DNA of 64,000 nucleotides from Planctomycetota bacterium (GTDB taxonomy: Bacteria; Planctomycetota; UBA1135; UBA2386): positions 1,056,001 through 1,120,000 of the forward strand of contig OZ245006.1 in the NCBI GenBank assembly GCA_965223545.1. The letters run 5' to 3'. Positions within the stretch are counted from its first letter, which is position 1; each line of letters begins with the position of its first letter. A program made the translations under genes and the position numbers. The notes under the pieces were generated by a model. That model ran no database searches, was not told the origin of the DNA, and saw nothing but the letters and a program-made list of their open reading frames with translations. Below are positions 18,570 to 28,193 of the stretch, one piece after another.

Positions 18570-19766
18570 ATGCGCCGCCTCGTATCCGTCTATCGCGACG
18601 CCTACTCCGGGCTGCCGCCCCGCGTCTGGCTGCTGGCGACCGCGATGTTCGTCAACCGCGCCGGCACCATGGTGGCGGCGTTTCTCACGCTCTACCTGAC
18701 GGGACGCCTGGGACTGAGCGCCCTCGAGGCGGCACCGCTGGTCACCTTGTTCGGCGTCGGCTCGCTGGCCGGCGCCTACGCCGGCGGCTGGGCGACGGAC
18801 CGGTTTGGCCCGCGGGTGGTGCAGGGGACCAGCCTGGCGGTGACCGGCGTCGGTTTCCTCGTGCTGGCAGAGCTCCACACGCCCGCCGGCATCGGCGCCG
18901 CCCTGTGCGTGGTCGGCGCCGCCGGCAACGCGTTTCGGCCGGCGCTGTCGGCCAGCCTCGTCGCGCACTGCCCCGCCGACAAGCTGACCCGCGGCTTCGC
19001 CCTGCTCCGGCTGGCGATCAACCTCGGGCAAGTCGGCGGTCCCGCCCTCGGCGGTCTCCTGGCGGCGGTCAGCTACCGGTGGCTGTTCGTCGCGGACGGC
19101 GCCAGCTGCTTGCTGACGGCCGCTCTCCTGCTGTGGTGGACCCGGGGCTGGCACACGCGAGCCGAGGAGCCGGCCGTGGCGCACGGGTCCGCGGCGTCGC
19201 CGTGGCGCGACTCCCGCTTCTTGGGCGCGATGCTGTGCGCGACCCCGGTGGCGTTCGTCTTCATGCAGTTCCTCCACACGCTGCCGCTGTACTGGCGGGA
19301 CTCGTACGGGCTGGACGAGCAGTCGATCGGCCTGTTGCTCGCCGCCAACCCGACGTTGATCGTCGCCGTCGAAATGGTGCTGGTACACCGGCTGCAGCAC
19401 CGGCGCACCCTGTCGATCGTCGCCTCCGGGGTCGCCGTTCTGGGCGCCGGCTTCGCCCTCTGGCCGCTGGGCAGCGGCTTCGCGTTCGCGCTCGCGGTCG
19501 TGCTGGTCTGCACCGTCGGCGAGATGCTCGAGTCGCCGTTCTTGGGCAGCTACGTCGCCCACCGAGCACCAGCGGCCGCCCGCGGGCGCTACATGGCGGT
19601 CTACACGCTGCCGTTCTCGACCGCCCTGATCGCCGCGCCCGCCGCCGGCCTGCCGCTATACCAGACGCTGGGGCCGACCGCGCTGTGGCTGTTGTGCGCC
19701 GGCCTGTGCGCGGCGGCGGCGATCGGCTACGCCGTCCTCGCCCGCGCCGCGGAGGTCAATCGATGA
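18570..19766 (+). CDS. MFS transporter
   Basis: Motif A GGWATDRFGPR; about 12 hydrophobic segments; RLAINLG; RGRYMA. Confidence 0.9.
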   Translation: MRRLVSVYRDAYSGLPPRVWLLATAMFVNRAGTMVAAFLTLYLTGRLGLSALEAAPLVTLFGVGSLAGAYAGGWATDRFGPRVVQGTSLAVTGVGFLVLAELHTPAGIGAALCVVGAAGNAFRPALSASLVAHCPADKLTRGFALLRLAINLGQVGGPALGGLLAAVSYRWLFVADGASCLLTAALLLWWTRGWHTRAEEPAVAHGSAASPWRDSRFLGAMLCATPVAFVFMQFLHTLPLYWRDSYGLDEQSIGLLLAANPTLIVAVEMVLVHRLQHRRTLSIVASGVAVLGAGFALWPLGSGFAFALAVVLVCTVGEMLESPFLGSYVAHRAPAAARGRYMAVYTLPFSTALIAAPAAGLPLYQTLGPTALWLLCAGLCAAAAIGYAVLARAAEVNR

Positions 19767-19947
19767 ACAGCCACTCCAGCGCGAACATCACGACCACGCC
19801 GACGGCGGTCCACAGCAGCAGCCGCACGGTCGACCGGCCGGCGGCGCGCAGCGTGCCGGCCGCGGTGGTGTGCTTCTGCCCGGTGTAGACCACGCACACC
19901 ATGAACAAGCAGACGGTGTAGAGCAGGATGCGGAGCAGCAGCGTCAT
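19756..19947 (-). CDS. Small two-TM membrane protein
   Basis: GGAGG RBS, ATGA overlap with the upstream gene; MTLLLRILLY...LEWLFID. Confidence 0.65.
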   Translation of the reverse strand: MTLLLRILLYTVCLFMVCVVYTGQKHTTAAGTLRAAGRSTVRLLLWTAVGVVVMFALEWLFID

Positions 19948-20759
19948 CGCGACGCCTCCGTGCGCTCTTCTGCAATCGTGTAGGCGTCGATCATGACGAT
20001 CAGATTCATGAAGCCCGCCACCGTGCAGATCGCCACGCCGTGGTCCAGATAGAGGCCGGGCGGCCCCTCCTCCCACGGTGCCGTCACCAGCGTCGCGAAC
20101 AGGGTTCCGCCGCCGAACAACACCTCACCGATCCACCAGGCCGAGCGCAGGGGACGATCGATGCCGTGCCCCTGCGACAACCAGAGGCCCAGCCCCACCA
20201 TCAGCAGCGTCGCTGCACCGACCAGGATCCCCTTGTCGCGCTGGCCGAGCATCACGTGGCCGCTGCCCGGCAAGAGCCAGCTGACGGCGGCCGCCCACGC
20301 CGGCTCCGGACCCGGCGCGACGCGCCGGCGCGGTTGCGCCAACCAGTGGGCGTCCGCGGCCCACAGCGCGCAGACGATCCCCGAGGCACCGGTCAGAAAC
20401 AGGCCGAGGTGCTCGTGCGCGACCGGCAGCCGGATGCTGCGCAACCAGTCGTGCATGCCCTGTGGATCGCTGGTGACCGGCAGATCGCGCAGCAGGCCGG
20501 CGACGATGGTGCAGCCGAGATTGAGCGAGTCGGGCAGCATCTGCACCGGCACGCGTTCCAGCACGGGCTGCAAGAACGAGAAGGGCTCGAACAGCTGGAA
20601 GTACCACATGCGGTCGCCGACCAGCGCCCAGCCGGCGAAGAACATCGCCACTGTCGTGACCAGGGCCGCCGCACCGCGCAACGGATGGCCGAGCCGGAGG
20701 TGCGCCAGCCCCGGAACGAGAACGGTCCACAGGATGGCGGCTCCAGGGGTCGGCTTCAT
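19944..20759 (-). CDS. Membrane protein, DUF6677-like (two internal copies)
   Basis: Two 'LVPGLAH / LLPGSGH' motifs; AGFMNLIVMIDAY C-terminus. Confidence 0.65.
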   Translation of the reverse strand: MKPTPGAAILWTVLVPGLAHLRLGHPLRGAAALVTTVAMFFAGWALVGDRMWYFQLFEPFSFLQPVLERVPVQMLPDSLNLGCTIVAGLLRDLPVTSDPQGMHDWLRSIRLPVAHEHLGLFLTGASGIVCALWAADAHWLAQPRRRVAPGPEPAWAAAVSWLLPGSGHVMLGQRDKGILVGAATLLMVGLGLWLSQGHGIDRPLRSAWWIGEVLFGGGTLFATLVTAPWEEGPPGLYLDHGVAICTVAGFMNLIVMIDAYTIAEERTEASR

Positions 20760-20841
20760 GCGGGCGCGAAGGTAGCGGATAAGGGCCCAGATTCGAGACA
20801 CGCCTTTGCGCGCCAGGCCTCGTCGACGGACAGTCGCGCCA

Positions 20842-21201
20842 ATGACTCCGCAGACCTTGGCTCGCTGTGCCGCGCTGACCGGCGCGCTCGCCGTCGTCGC
20901 CGGCGCCCTGGGCTCGCACGGCCTCGCCGAACGCCTCGCCCTCAACGGGCACGTTGCGACGTGGGACACGGCGGTGCGCTACCACCTCGCCCACGCCGTC
21001 GCCCTGCTGGCCCTGGCCGGGCTGGCTGCCCGCGGCAAGCGCGCCACCTTCGCGGCGACCGGCATGTTGCTCGGCACCGCCATCTTCTCGGGCACTCTGT
21101 ACGCGATCGCGCTCGGCGGGCCGAGTTGGCTCGGCATGATCACTCCCGTCGGTGGCGTGCTGCTCGTCTGCGGCTGGCTGGCGACCGCGCTGCCCCGATG
21201 A
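20842..21201 (+). CDS. DUF423 (YgdD/TMEM256) membrane protein
   Basis: GALGSHGL, TAVRYHLAH, GTAIFSGTLY, LGMITPVGG. Confidence 0.9.
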   Translation: MTPQTLARCAALTGALAVVAGALGSHGLAERLALNGHVATWDTAVRYHLAHAVALLALAGLAARGKRATFAATGMLLGTAIFSGTLYAIALGGPSWLGMITPVGGVLLVCGWLATALPR

Positions 21202-21374
21202 ACGCGGCCACCCGGCCCCAACCGCCGGGACGCGGTTTTCGGCCGACGGACAACCGAGTATGATGGCGCGCAGACGATCGACGACCGAGCCGACCGGCAC
21301 GGCTTCGCCTGCGCCCGGCCGGCCGAGACGAAAGCCCCATCCCAACGAGGCCCGACCGTGACCGAGGCCCCACC

Positions 21375-22184
21375 GTGACCCGCGAGGTCCACGAGATTCC
21401 CCCCGCCCGACGCAGCGTGCGCTGGGGGTCGCTGGCTGCCGTACGCTGGCCGCTCGGCTTGGCGGGCGGGGTGCTGGCGGTGGCCGGCGGATTGGTGGCG
21501 TGGATGCTGCTGCTGTCGCGCGGCGTGCTCGCCGACGAGGCCGACCTCGACCGCGGCGCCGTGCGCGGCCACGCGACGGTGACCGGCGTGCAGGCCACCG
21601 ACGCGCGCATCGACGGCGTCCCCGCCGAGCGCGTGACCTACTCCTTCGAGACCGACGACGGCATCGCGATCGCCGACCAGCTCTGCTGGGCGCGGCGCGA
21701 TCAGTTTGCCGCCGGCAGCGTCCAGCCAGTCGAGTACTTGGCGACGCGGCCGGAGGTCAACCGACTGATCGGCGCCCGCCTGTGTCTCTTGACCGACCGC
21801 GCCGGCGCGGTGTTCCGCTGGGTGTGCGCCCCCGGGCTGTTGCTCCTGCTGCTGTGGGCCGCCGGTGTCTGGCGTCAACAACGGATGCTCGCCGCCGGCG
21901 ACGTCACCGTCGCTCTGCCGACCCGCATCGAACGCGTCGCCGGCATCGTGCCGGTCACCCTGCGGGTGCACTACCGCTTCCGCGACCACAACGCGCGCTG
22001 GTGCGAGGGATGGCACTGGGTGCGGGCGCGCTCGGAGCTCGGCGGCCGGCTGACCGCGATGCGCCGCGAGCTGGTCCTGGTCCACGACCGGCGCCGCCCG
22101 GAGCTCAATCGGCTGGTCATCGCCAGCGACTTCCACGCGCACCGCCGCCAGCGCGCCGAGGGGGAACCAGCGCAGAGGGTATGA
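21375..22184 (+). CDS. Hypothetical membrane protein (DUF3592-like)
   Basis: TM - beta domain (VTYSF...VEY) - TM - second beta domain; GAGG RBS. Confidence 0.6.
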   Translation: MTREVHEIPPARRSVRWGSLAAVRWPLGLAGGVLAVAGGLVAWMLLLSRGVLADEADLDRGAVRGHATVTGVQATDARIDGVPAERVTYSFETDDGIAIADQLCWARRDQFAAGSVQPVEYLATRPEVNRLIGARLCLLTDRAGAVFRWVCAPGLLLLLLWAAGVWRQQRMLAAGDVTVALPTRIERVAGIVPVTLRVHYRFRDHNARWCEGWHWVRARSELGGRLTAMRRELVLVHDRRRPELNRLVIASDFHAHRRQRAEGEPAQRV

Positions 22185-22774
22185 CCGCCGCGCGGCTCTT
22201 CCGGACCACTCCGATACGCATGGCAACCGAGGTCGGTGGGCGTGAGGCCGCGATGAGCGGCAGAGGCGTCGAGGTGGCGAACGCCAGCGATCGCCCGCCC
22301 ACCGAGGCCAGCGCCGCGTGGGGTGCGGGGGTCACCTGGCTGCACGCGGCCGTCGTGCTGATCTCCGCCGGCGTGGGCTGGTCGCTGTGGACGGGCGCGC
22401 CGGTGCTCGAAGCCCTGCGCAGTGGACGCGGCCCCGGCGCACTGCCGCTCGGACTCTTGATCGCGCCCGGGATCGCCTGCTCCGGCGTCGGCGTGCGCGC
22501 TGTGTGGCGCGCACGCACCATTGTGCAGCACGGCGCGCTGCGACCGGTGACCGTCGAGTTCATCGCCCGCGGGCCGGGTTCGAGCCGCTGGCTCTGGGTA
22601 CACTACCGCTACCGCGACGACCGCGGCGGACAGCACCGCGCCCGCAACCGCGTGCGCCGCGACTCTCCGCTAGCCGAAGCCGTCATGTACCGAGATCGGC
22701 TGTGCGCGGCACAGCTCGAGCCACCCGACGGCCCAACCCAGCTCCTGCGCGGCCGCGCGCCCGGCCAAGCATGA
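22181..22774 (+). CDS. Hypothetical membrane protein
   Basis: ATGA overlaps at both ends; two TMs; 'VHYRYRD..G' resembles 'VHYRFRD' of the upstream gene; start uncertain. Confidence 0.55.
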   Translation: MTAARLFRTTPIRMATEVGGREAAMSGRGVEVANASDRPPTEASAAWGAGVTWLHAAVVLISAGVGWSLWTGAPVLEALRSGRGPGALPLGLLIAPGIACSGVGVRAVWRARTIVQHGALRPVTVEFIARGPGSSRWLWVHYRYRDDRGGQHRARNRVRRDSPLAEAVMYRDRLCAAQLEPPDGPTQLLRGRAPGQA

Positions 22775-24714
22775 CCACAAGCTCGGTCGACGACCTGCTG
22801 GGGGCCGACGGTCCTGTCGCCCGACGGCTGCCGGCCTACGAAGAACGCGCCGAGCAGCGCGCGCTCGCGCGCGCCGTCGAGCAGGCGCTGCAGACGCGCC
22901 GCCACCTGCTGGCGGAAGCCGGCACCGGCGTCGGCAAGTCGTTCGCCTACCTGCTGCCGGCCATCGCGCATGCCTGCGCACACCACGGCAGTGGGCCCAT
23001 CGTCATCTCGACCCGCACCATCGCGCTACAACAGCAGCTGGAGCACAAGGACCTGCCGTTCTTGCAACAGGTCCTGCCGCTCGAGTTTTCCAGCGTCACC
23101 GCCGTCGGCCGCAACAACTACCTGTGCCTGCGCCGGCTGCACGGGGCGCACCGCGAGCGCGCGCTGCTGTTCGCCGACGCCGGCCACGAAGAGCAGCTGG
23201 CACATCTCATGGAGTGGTCGCTGTCGACGCGCGAGGGGACCGCGATGGAGCTCGGCACCCAGGTGGCCAAGGACGTGTGGGCCGAAGTCCGCGCCGAGCA
23301 CGGCAACTGCCTGCACCGCGCCTGCCCGCACTACGACCCCTGCCACTACCAGCGCGCCCGCCGCCGGATGGGCGGCGCGCAGGTCCTGATCGTCAACCAC
23401 TCGCTGTACATGGCGGACGTGGCGCTGCGCATGGCCGGCGCCAGCTACCTGCCCGCGCACAGCGTGGTGGTCTTCGACGAGGCGCACCACCTCGAGCGCG
23501 TCGCGCGCGAGAACCTGGGCCTGCGCCTGACCGAGGCGACCGTGCAGTGGCACCTCCGGCGGCTGCACTCGCGGCGGACGGCGCGCTCCCTACTCGCCGA
23601 GTTCGGCACGGCGCGGGCGCGCGCGCTCTGGGACGCGATCGACGGCGCCGGCGCGGCGTGGTTTGCCGAGCTCGACGCGATGTTGGCGGCGGCGGACCGC
23701 GCCGCGATCCCGCTCGGTGACCGCGAGCTCGACGGCGCGCTGGCGCAGCTGCTCGGCGAGCTGGGCTCCGAGCTCACCGGCATCGCGGCTGGCATCGACA
23801 GCGTCGACCGCAAGATGGAGCTGACCGCCCGCGCGCAGGGCCTGCTCGGCTTGCAAGCCGTGGTCGACCGGCTGCGCCGCGACGGCGAGACCGGCATGGT
23901 CCGCTGGGTGGAGAAGGCCCGCCAGGGCGCCGTCCTGCGCGCGGCACCGCTGTCGGTGCGCGAGCCGCTCGCCGCGCACGTGTTCGACGAGAGCCGCACC
24001 GCGGTCTTGGTCAGCGCGACCCTCGGCGCCGGCCGCGACCGCCAGTTCCGCTGGCTGCGGCGCCAGCTGCGCATCGAGAACGCCGACTGCCTGGCCTTGG
24101 GCTCGCCGTTCGACTACCGCCGCCACGTGCGCCTCACCGTCGAAGAGGCGCTGCCCGACCCCGCCGGCGAGCCCCGCGCGTTCGCCGCCGAGTCCAAGAC
24201 GCGGGTGCGCGACCACCTCGTCGACAACGGCGGCCGCGCCCTGGTCCTGTGCACGTCCTGGCGCACGGTGGCCGAGATCGCCGACTTCGTCCGCCCCACG
24301 CTCCTGGCTCTCGGCATCCCGCTGTTGGTGCAGGGCGCAGCACCCCTGCAACAGCTGCTCGCCGCCAAGCGCGAGCAACCGACGTCGGTGCTGGTCGGCA
24401 CCGACAGTCTCTGGGAGGGCATCGACGTACCGGGCGACGCGCTCACGCTGGTGTTGATCACCCGCCTGCCGTTCCAGCCGCCGGACCACCCGCTCACCGT
24501 GGCCCGCATGCGTGCGATCGAGCACTCCGGCGGGAACGCCTTCGCCGACCTCTCGCTGCCCGAGGCCGTGCTCAGATTCCGCCAGGGGTTCGGCCGCCTG
24601 GTGCGCCGCGCCACCGACCACGGCCGGGTGGTGATCCTCGACCCCCGCGTCCGGACCAAGCGTTACGGTCGAGAGTTCTTGGACGCGCTCCCGGACGGCG
24701 TCAGCGCGGACTGA
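22771..24714 (+). CDS. DinG/YoaA family ATP-dependent DNA helicase
   Basis: EAGTGVGKS, Fe-S cysteines (YLC...C...CPH..C), DEAH, SATL, SPFDY, SLWEGID, QGFGRLVR. Confidence 0.93.
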   Translation: MTTSSVDDLLGADGPVARRLPAYEERAEQRALARAVEQALQTRRHLLAEAGTGVGKSFAYLLPAIAHACAHHGSGPIVISTRTIALQQQLEHKDLPFLQQVLPLEFSSVTAVGRNNYLCLRRLHGAHRERALLFADAGHEEQLAHLMEWSLSTREGTAMELGTQVAKDVWAEVRAEHGNCLHRACPHYDPCHYQRARRRMGGAQVLIVNHSLYMADVALRMAGASYLPAHSVVVFDEAHHLERVARENLGLRLTEATVQWHLRRLHSRRTARSLLAEFGTARARALWDAIDGAGAAWFAELDAMLAAADRAAIPLGDRELDGALAQLLGELGSELTGIAAGIDSVDRKMELTARAQGLLGLQAVVDRLRRDGETGMVRWVEKARQGAVLRAAPLSVREPLAAHVFDESRTAVLVSATLGAGRDRQFRWLRRQLRIENADCLALGSPFDYRRHVRLTVEEALPDPAGEPRAFAAESKTRVRDHLVDNGGRALVLCTSWRTVAEIADFVRPTLLALGIPLLVQGAAPLQQLLAAKREQPTSVLVGTDSLWEGIDVPGDALTLVLITRLPFQPPDHPLTVARMRAIEHSGGNAFADLSLPEAVLRFRQGFGRLVRRATDHGRVVILDPRVRTKRYGREFLDALPDGVSAD

Positions 24715-24766
24715 GCGCTGGTAAGGCGGGTTTGGAGATCTTGTGGATTCTTGTCGAGCGCGGATT

Positions 24767-24780
24767 GAATGATATCATTC
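24767..24780 (+). promoter_or_regulatory. 14-bp perfect palindrome upstream of the SPFH-Arc operon; candidate operator
   Basis: GAATGATATCATTC, 21 nt before ATG 24802. Confidence 0.6.
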
Positions 24781-24801
24781 CGATCTCGTAGAGAGATCAT
24801 C

Positions 24802-25704
24802 ATGACCGCAAACCGATCGCGTGAGACCATTGCCCGGACGCTGCCGGGCCTCCCCATGCTCGTCTTGGGCATCGCCCTGGCCCTGGCCAACATCGGCTGG
24901 ATCGTGCTCGCGGCGTTGGCCGACGACCGCGGCGATGGCCAGCAGGCGATGACCTTCGGCCTGCTGCTGATCCCGACCATCATCCTGACGGTCCTCGTGC
25001 TGCGCGGCCTGACGCTGGTCAACCCCAACCAAGCCAAGGTGGTGCTCCTGTTCGGCAGCTACGTCGGCTCGATCCGCGACGCCGGCCTGTTCTGGGTCAA
25101 CCCGTTCACCGTCCGCCGTCACATCTCGCGGCGCGTGCACAACTTCAACAGCGACACGCTGAAGGTGAACGACCTGCGCGGCAACCCGGTCGAGATCGGC
25201 GCCGTCGTCGTCTGGCGCGTGCACGACACCGCGCAGGCGATGTTCGACGTCGAGAACCACCAGTCCTATGTCGCCGTGCAGAGCGAGTCCGCGCTGCGCG
25301 CCCTCGCCGCCCGCCACCCCTACGACACGCCCGAGGAGGGCCAGACCTCGCTGCGCGGTGGCACCGACGACGTCAGCGAAGAAGTGCAAGTCGAGCTCAC
25401 CGACCGGCTCGCGCTGGCCGGCATCGAGGTCCTCGAAGTGCGCCTCAGCCACCTGGCCTACGCCCCCGAGATCGCCGGCGCGATGCTGCGCCGCCAGCAG
25501 GCCGAGGCGATCATCGACGCCCGCACCCGCATCGTCGACGGCGCCGTCGGCATGGTGCAGATGGCGCTCGACCACCTCAAGGAGCGCGACGTCATCGAGC
25601 TCGACGAAGAGCGCAAGGCGGCGATGGTCAGCAACCTCCTGGTCGTGCTCTGCTCGGAGCACGACGCCGCCCCGGTGGTCAACGCCGGCTCGCTCTACAA
25701 CTGA
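24802..25704 (+). CDS. SPFH/band 7 domain protein
   Basis: [52 protein letters not shown]. Confidence 0.93.
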   Translation: MTANRSRETIARTLPGLPMLVLGIALALANIGWIVLAALADDRGDGQQAMTFGLLLIPTIILTVLVLRGLTLVNPNQAKVVLLFGSYVGSIRDAGLFWVNPFTVRRHISRRVHNFNSDTLKVNDLRGNPVEIGAVVVWRVHDTAQAMFDVENHQSYVAVQSESALRALAARHPYDTPEEGQTSLRGGTDDVSEEVQVELTDRLALAGIEVLEVRLSHLAYAPEIAGAMLRRQQAEAIIDARTRIVDGAVGMVQMALDHLKERDVIELDEERKAAMVSNLLVVLCSEHDAAPVVNAGSLYN

Positions 25705-25708
25705 GCCG

Positions 25709-25891
25709 GTGGCCGAGCGCAAGCCCTTTCTCCTGCGCGTCTCGCCCGAGCTGCTCGACGAGCTCCGCCGCTGGGCCAACGACGAGATGCGCAGTCTCAA
25801 CGGTCAGATCGAGTATCTGCTGCGCGACGCGCTGCGCCGGCGCCGGCGGCTGCGGGACGATGAGGAGCGTCCGAAGGGCTCCGGGCGGTGA
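25709..25891 (+). CDS. Arc/ribbon-helix-helix DNA-binding protein
   Basis: (M)[41 protein letters not shown]; the usual partner of this SPFH subtype. Confidence 0.88.
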   Translation: MAERKPFLLRVSPELLDELRRWANDEMRSLNGQIEYLLRDALRRRRRLRDDEERPKGSGR

Positions 25892-26160
25892 GGGCGTCCA
25901 GCGATCCCGACTCTGGCCCACCCATCTCAAGGCGCCGAGCTCCCCGGGTCCTTTCGAAATCCGCACCCAAGCCGGTTCAACACAACTCACGGCGCCGCCC
26001 ACACCGTGACCTGGCTCAACGTTCCAAACGTTCGATAGTCCAACGTTCTGAACGTTGACCTGGTGAACCTCAGGCGCGGGCGCGTCGAACTGCGCGTTGC
26101 CGAACTGTTCCCGCGGCCCGCGGTGCCCCGTTGACCGCGATACCGCGCAGGGCGCACCTC

Positions 26161-26661
26161 TTACCGCAAGTGGCGTCGCAGGATGGTCACCGCCCGCGAC
26201 CACATGCGCCGAGCCGTGGACCCCGGAATGCCGAGCTCACGGCCCACGTGGGTCGGCGTCTCTCCGGTGTCGAGCACCCGTTCGACGAACGCGGCGAGCG
26301 AAGGCGACGTGCCGGCCAGCACCTCCAGCGCATCGTGAAGCTCGACCGCGCCAGCCGTAGTCTCTCCTCCCGCGAGCGCTTCAGGCAAACCAAGCGTCGG
26401 ACGTCGACCCGCAACCCGGCGACGGTCCTTGCCGACCGATTGAATCGCCAGCTTGATCCGCGCGAGAGCGTGGGACACATCCGCCAATGGCGTCGACGCG
26501 CACGCCTGTCTGCGAATCGCTTCATGCAAAACATCGCGGGGGTCCGCTCCAATCGTCGTGGCGCCCCCGACAGATCCAACGAATCGGCGTGCGTATGCGA
26601 CGAGCTCCCAGTAGTTGGCGAGTACGGCAAGCCACAGGAGTCTTCGGTCTCTCCGCTCCAT
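26161..26661 (-). CDS. Divergent ECF sigma-factor-like protein
   Basis: ELVAYARR...DVLHEA (sigma2-like); VGRELGIPGSTARRMWSRA (sigma4 HTH); lower-GC region. Confidence 0.55.
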   Translation of the reverse strand: MERRDRRLLWLAVLANYWELVAYARRFVGSVGGATTIGADPRDVLHEAIRRQACASTPLADVSHALARIKLAIQSVGKDRRRVAGRRPTLGLPEALAGGETTAGAVELHDALEVLAGTSPSLAAFVERVLDTGETPTHVGRELGIPGSTARRMWSRAVTILRRHLR

Positions 26662-26832
26662 GGTTGTTCCGACTCGATTGATTGGAGGGCGAAAACAGCA
26701 TCTGTCGACCGCCAAAAAAAAGACAGCGAGCGCCACGCCCACCTCGAACGGTTTACAGGTAGCTCGATGCGATCGAATCAGCATCGCGCCGCCTCAGCCC
26801 TCATCTCTCCCGTTTCTGCACGGAGGTGCCAA

Positions 26833-27174
26833 GTGAAGACGCTCGTAAGAGTTGCCGCGTTCCTGCTCTCGCTCGCCCTGGTGACACCACCGGTTCTCGC
26901 ACAAGAAGAGGAGTGCGGCGCGTGCACTGGCACGCACTCCGAGTCGGCTCCCGTTCAAGGGGAGTGCTACAAGGTCGTCGTCGACAGCTCGAGCAACGCG
27001 AACGGCGGCTGCACCAAACCAGGTGACACCTGCCGCCAGACCAAATCATGGGCCGAGGCGACCGGCTGCGGCACCGCCAGCGAGTACGTGCGCCGACTCA
27101 ATTCACCAAGACGAGAGGACCCGCACCCGCGAAGCGCTCGAGCAGAAGCTGCTCGAGGTTCTCGTTGGCAATGA
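26833..27174 (+). CDS. Small Cys-rich secreted peptide, probably truncated and fused to an antitoxin remnant
   Basis: GGAGG RBS then GTG; signal peptide ...PPVLA|QEEECGACTG; five Cys before about 27040. Confidence 0.5.
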   Translation: MKTLVRVAAFLLSLALVTPPVLAQEEECGACTGTHSESAPVQGECYKVVVDSSSNANGGCTKPGDTCRQTKSWAEATGCGTASEYVRRLNSPRREDPHPRSARAEAARGSRWQ

Positions 27175-27305
27175 CGTGGAGATGACGTTGGAAGATTGGG
27201 CTCATTTCGCCGCGAGGTCCTGGAGAGCATCGAGCGACGCAAGCGTGACGAGTAGGAAGGGAGGCATGGCTGGAAGGGTCGTTCGCAGACGCCGCGCAAG
27301 GTCAA
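27040..27305 (+). pseudogene. Decayed ParD-like antitoxin plus ParE-like toxin stub
   Basis: Across two frameshifts reads ...GCGTASEYVRRL/IHQDERTRTREALEQKLLE...EMTLEDWAH/RREVLESIERRKRDE*; then GGAGG and ATG 27266 MAGRVVRRRRAR. Confidence 0.6.
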
Positions 27306-27398
27306 TGACTCAGTGTTCAGCAGGAATCCGCGGCTACGAGCATCAGGGCTGACGTCTCCCGTGCGCGCACAACTCCCGACTGCTCTGATTGTTTCCTA

Positions 27399-28193
27399 TT
27401 GGGGACGATGACCGTTGTACTGTCGATCCAACGGTTCGGCCCGCCCCGCACAGAACTGACGGTGCATTCAAATCAGCCGGCGACGAACTCCCTCCCTCTC
27501 TCAGGCCCAAGCTCGCCTTCTGCACTCGACTCGCCGATGCGGAGCCGTGTACCGACCACGACGGAGCGCGAACCAGACGCAGAGCAAGAGGAAGTTGAGT
27601 CCCAATCTCGTCCGGACCCCTTCGACGTCAGCCACATCAGAGATGGTGGCACCGCCGTCTTGACTGAGCAGATGATGCGCGCGGAGTCGGATCCCGAGTT
27701 CTTCGAAGCAGAGTTCTTGAAACGAAGCAGAACAACGGCGAAGGGCGCTCTGAAACGACCCGATTACAACCCGGCATCAATCGAATTGTCTGACGCTGAA
27801 CGCGAGCAGCTCCAGGAGCTTGCCCGAGCCAAATCGCTTGCAGTGGCGCAAGCCAAGCAGTTTGCCTACTTGGCGCGGTACGCCGCCACGCTGGATCTGG
27901 TACGCCGTGATCACTGCATCTATCACCCCAACGAACAAGTGAACGGGACTCCGCTCATCGATGAGTGGCTCCGAAAACACAACCTCGAACGCGGACCCGA
28001 CATCTTGATTTCGTTCGTGCCTGGCCCCGACCGCAATAGCGGTCGCATTCTCGTGATCTCTCGCGCCGAGTACCCTGCTCCATTCGCCGCACTGGAAGCG
28101 GAGACCGAAGTCAAGAGGCACCACAACTTGGCAATGAAGCAGTTCTTCGCCGGCGCGTACTCGAGGCGGGGGATGCGGTACTCATCGTGGTGA
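27399..28193 (+). CDS. Hypothetical protein (lower-GC island)
   Basis: 264-aa ORF with globular, non-shadow composition; start uncertain. Confidence 0.55.
   Translation: MGTMTVVLSIQRFGPPRTELTVHSNQPATNSLPLSGPSSPSALDSPMRSRVPTTTEREPDAEQEEVESQSRPDPFDVSHIRDGGTAVLTEQMMRAESDPEFFEAEFLKRSRTTAKGALKRPDYNPASIELSDAEREQLQELARAKSLAVAQAKQFAYLARYAATLDLVRRDHCIYHPNEQVNGTPLIDEWLRKHNLERGPDILISFVPGPDRNSGRILVISRAEYPAPFAALEAETEVKRHHNLAMKQFFAGAYSRRGMRYSSW

Noticed and set aside
16428..19766. 1112-aa ORF as one giant MFS fusion
   Set aside because: Only the part from ATG 18570 is MFS; the upstream part overlaps the GT-ArsC and DUF547 genes in other frames.
25892..26160. tRNA or integration site at the island edge
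   Set aside because: No cloverleaf, T-loop consensus with CCA end, or flanking direct repeat could be identified by eye.
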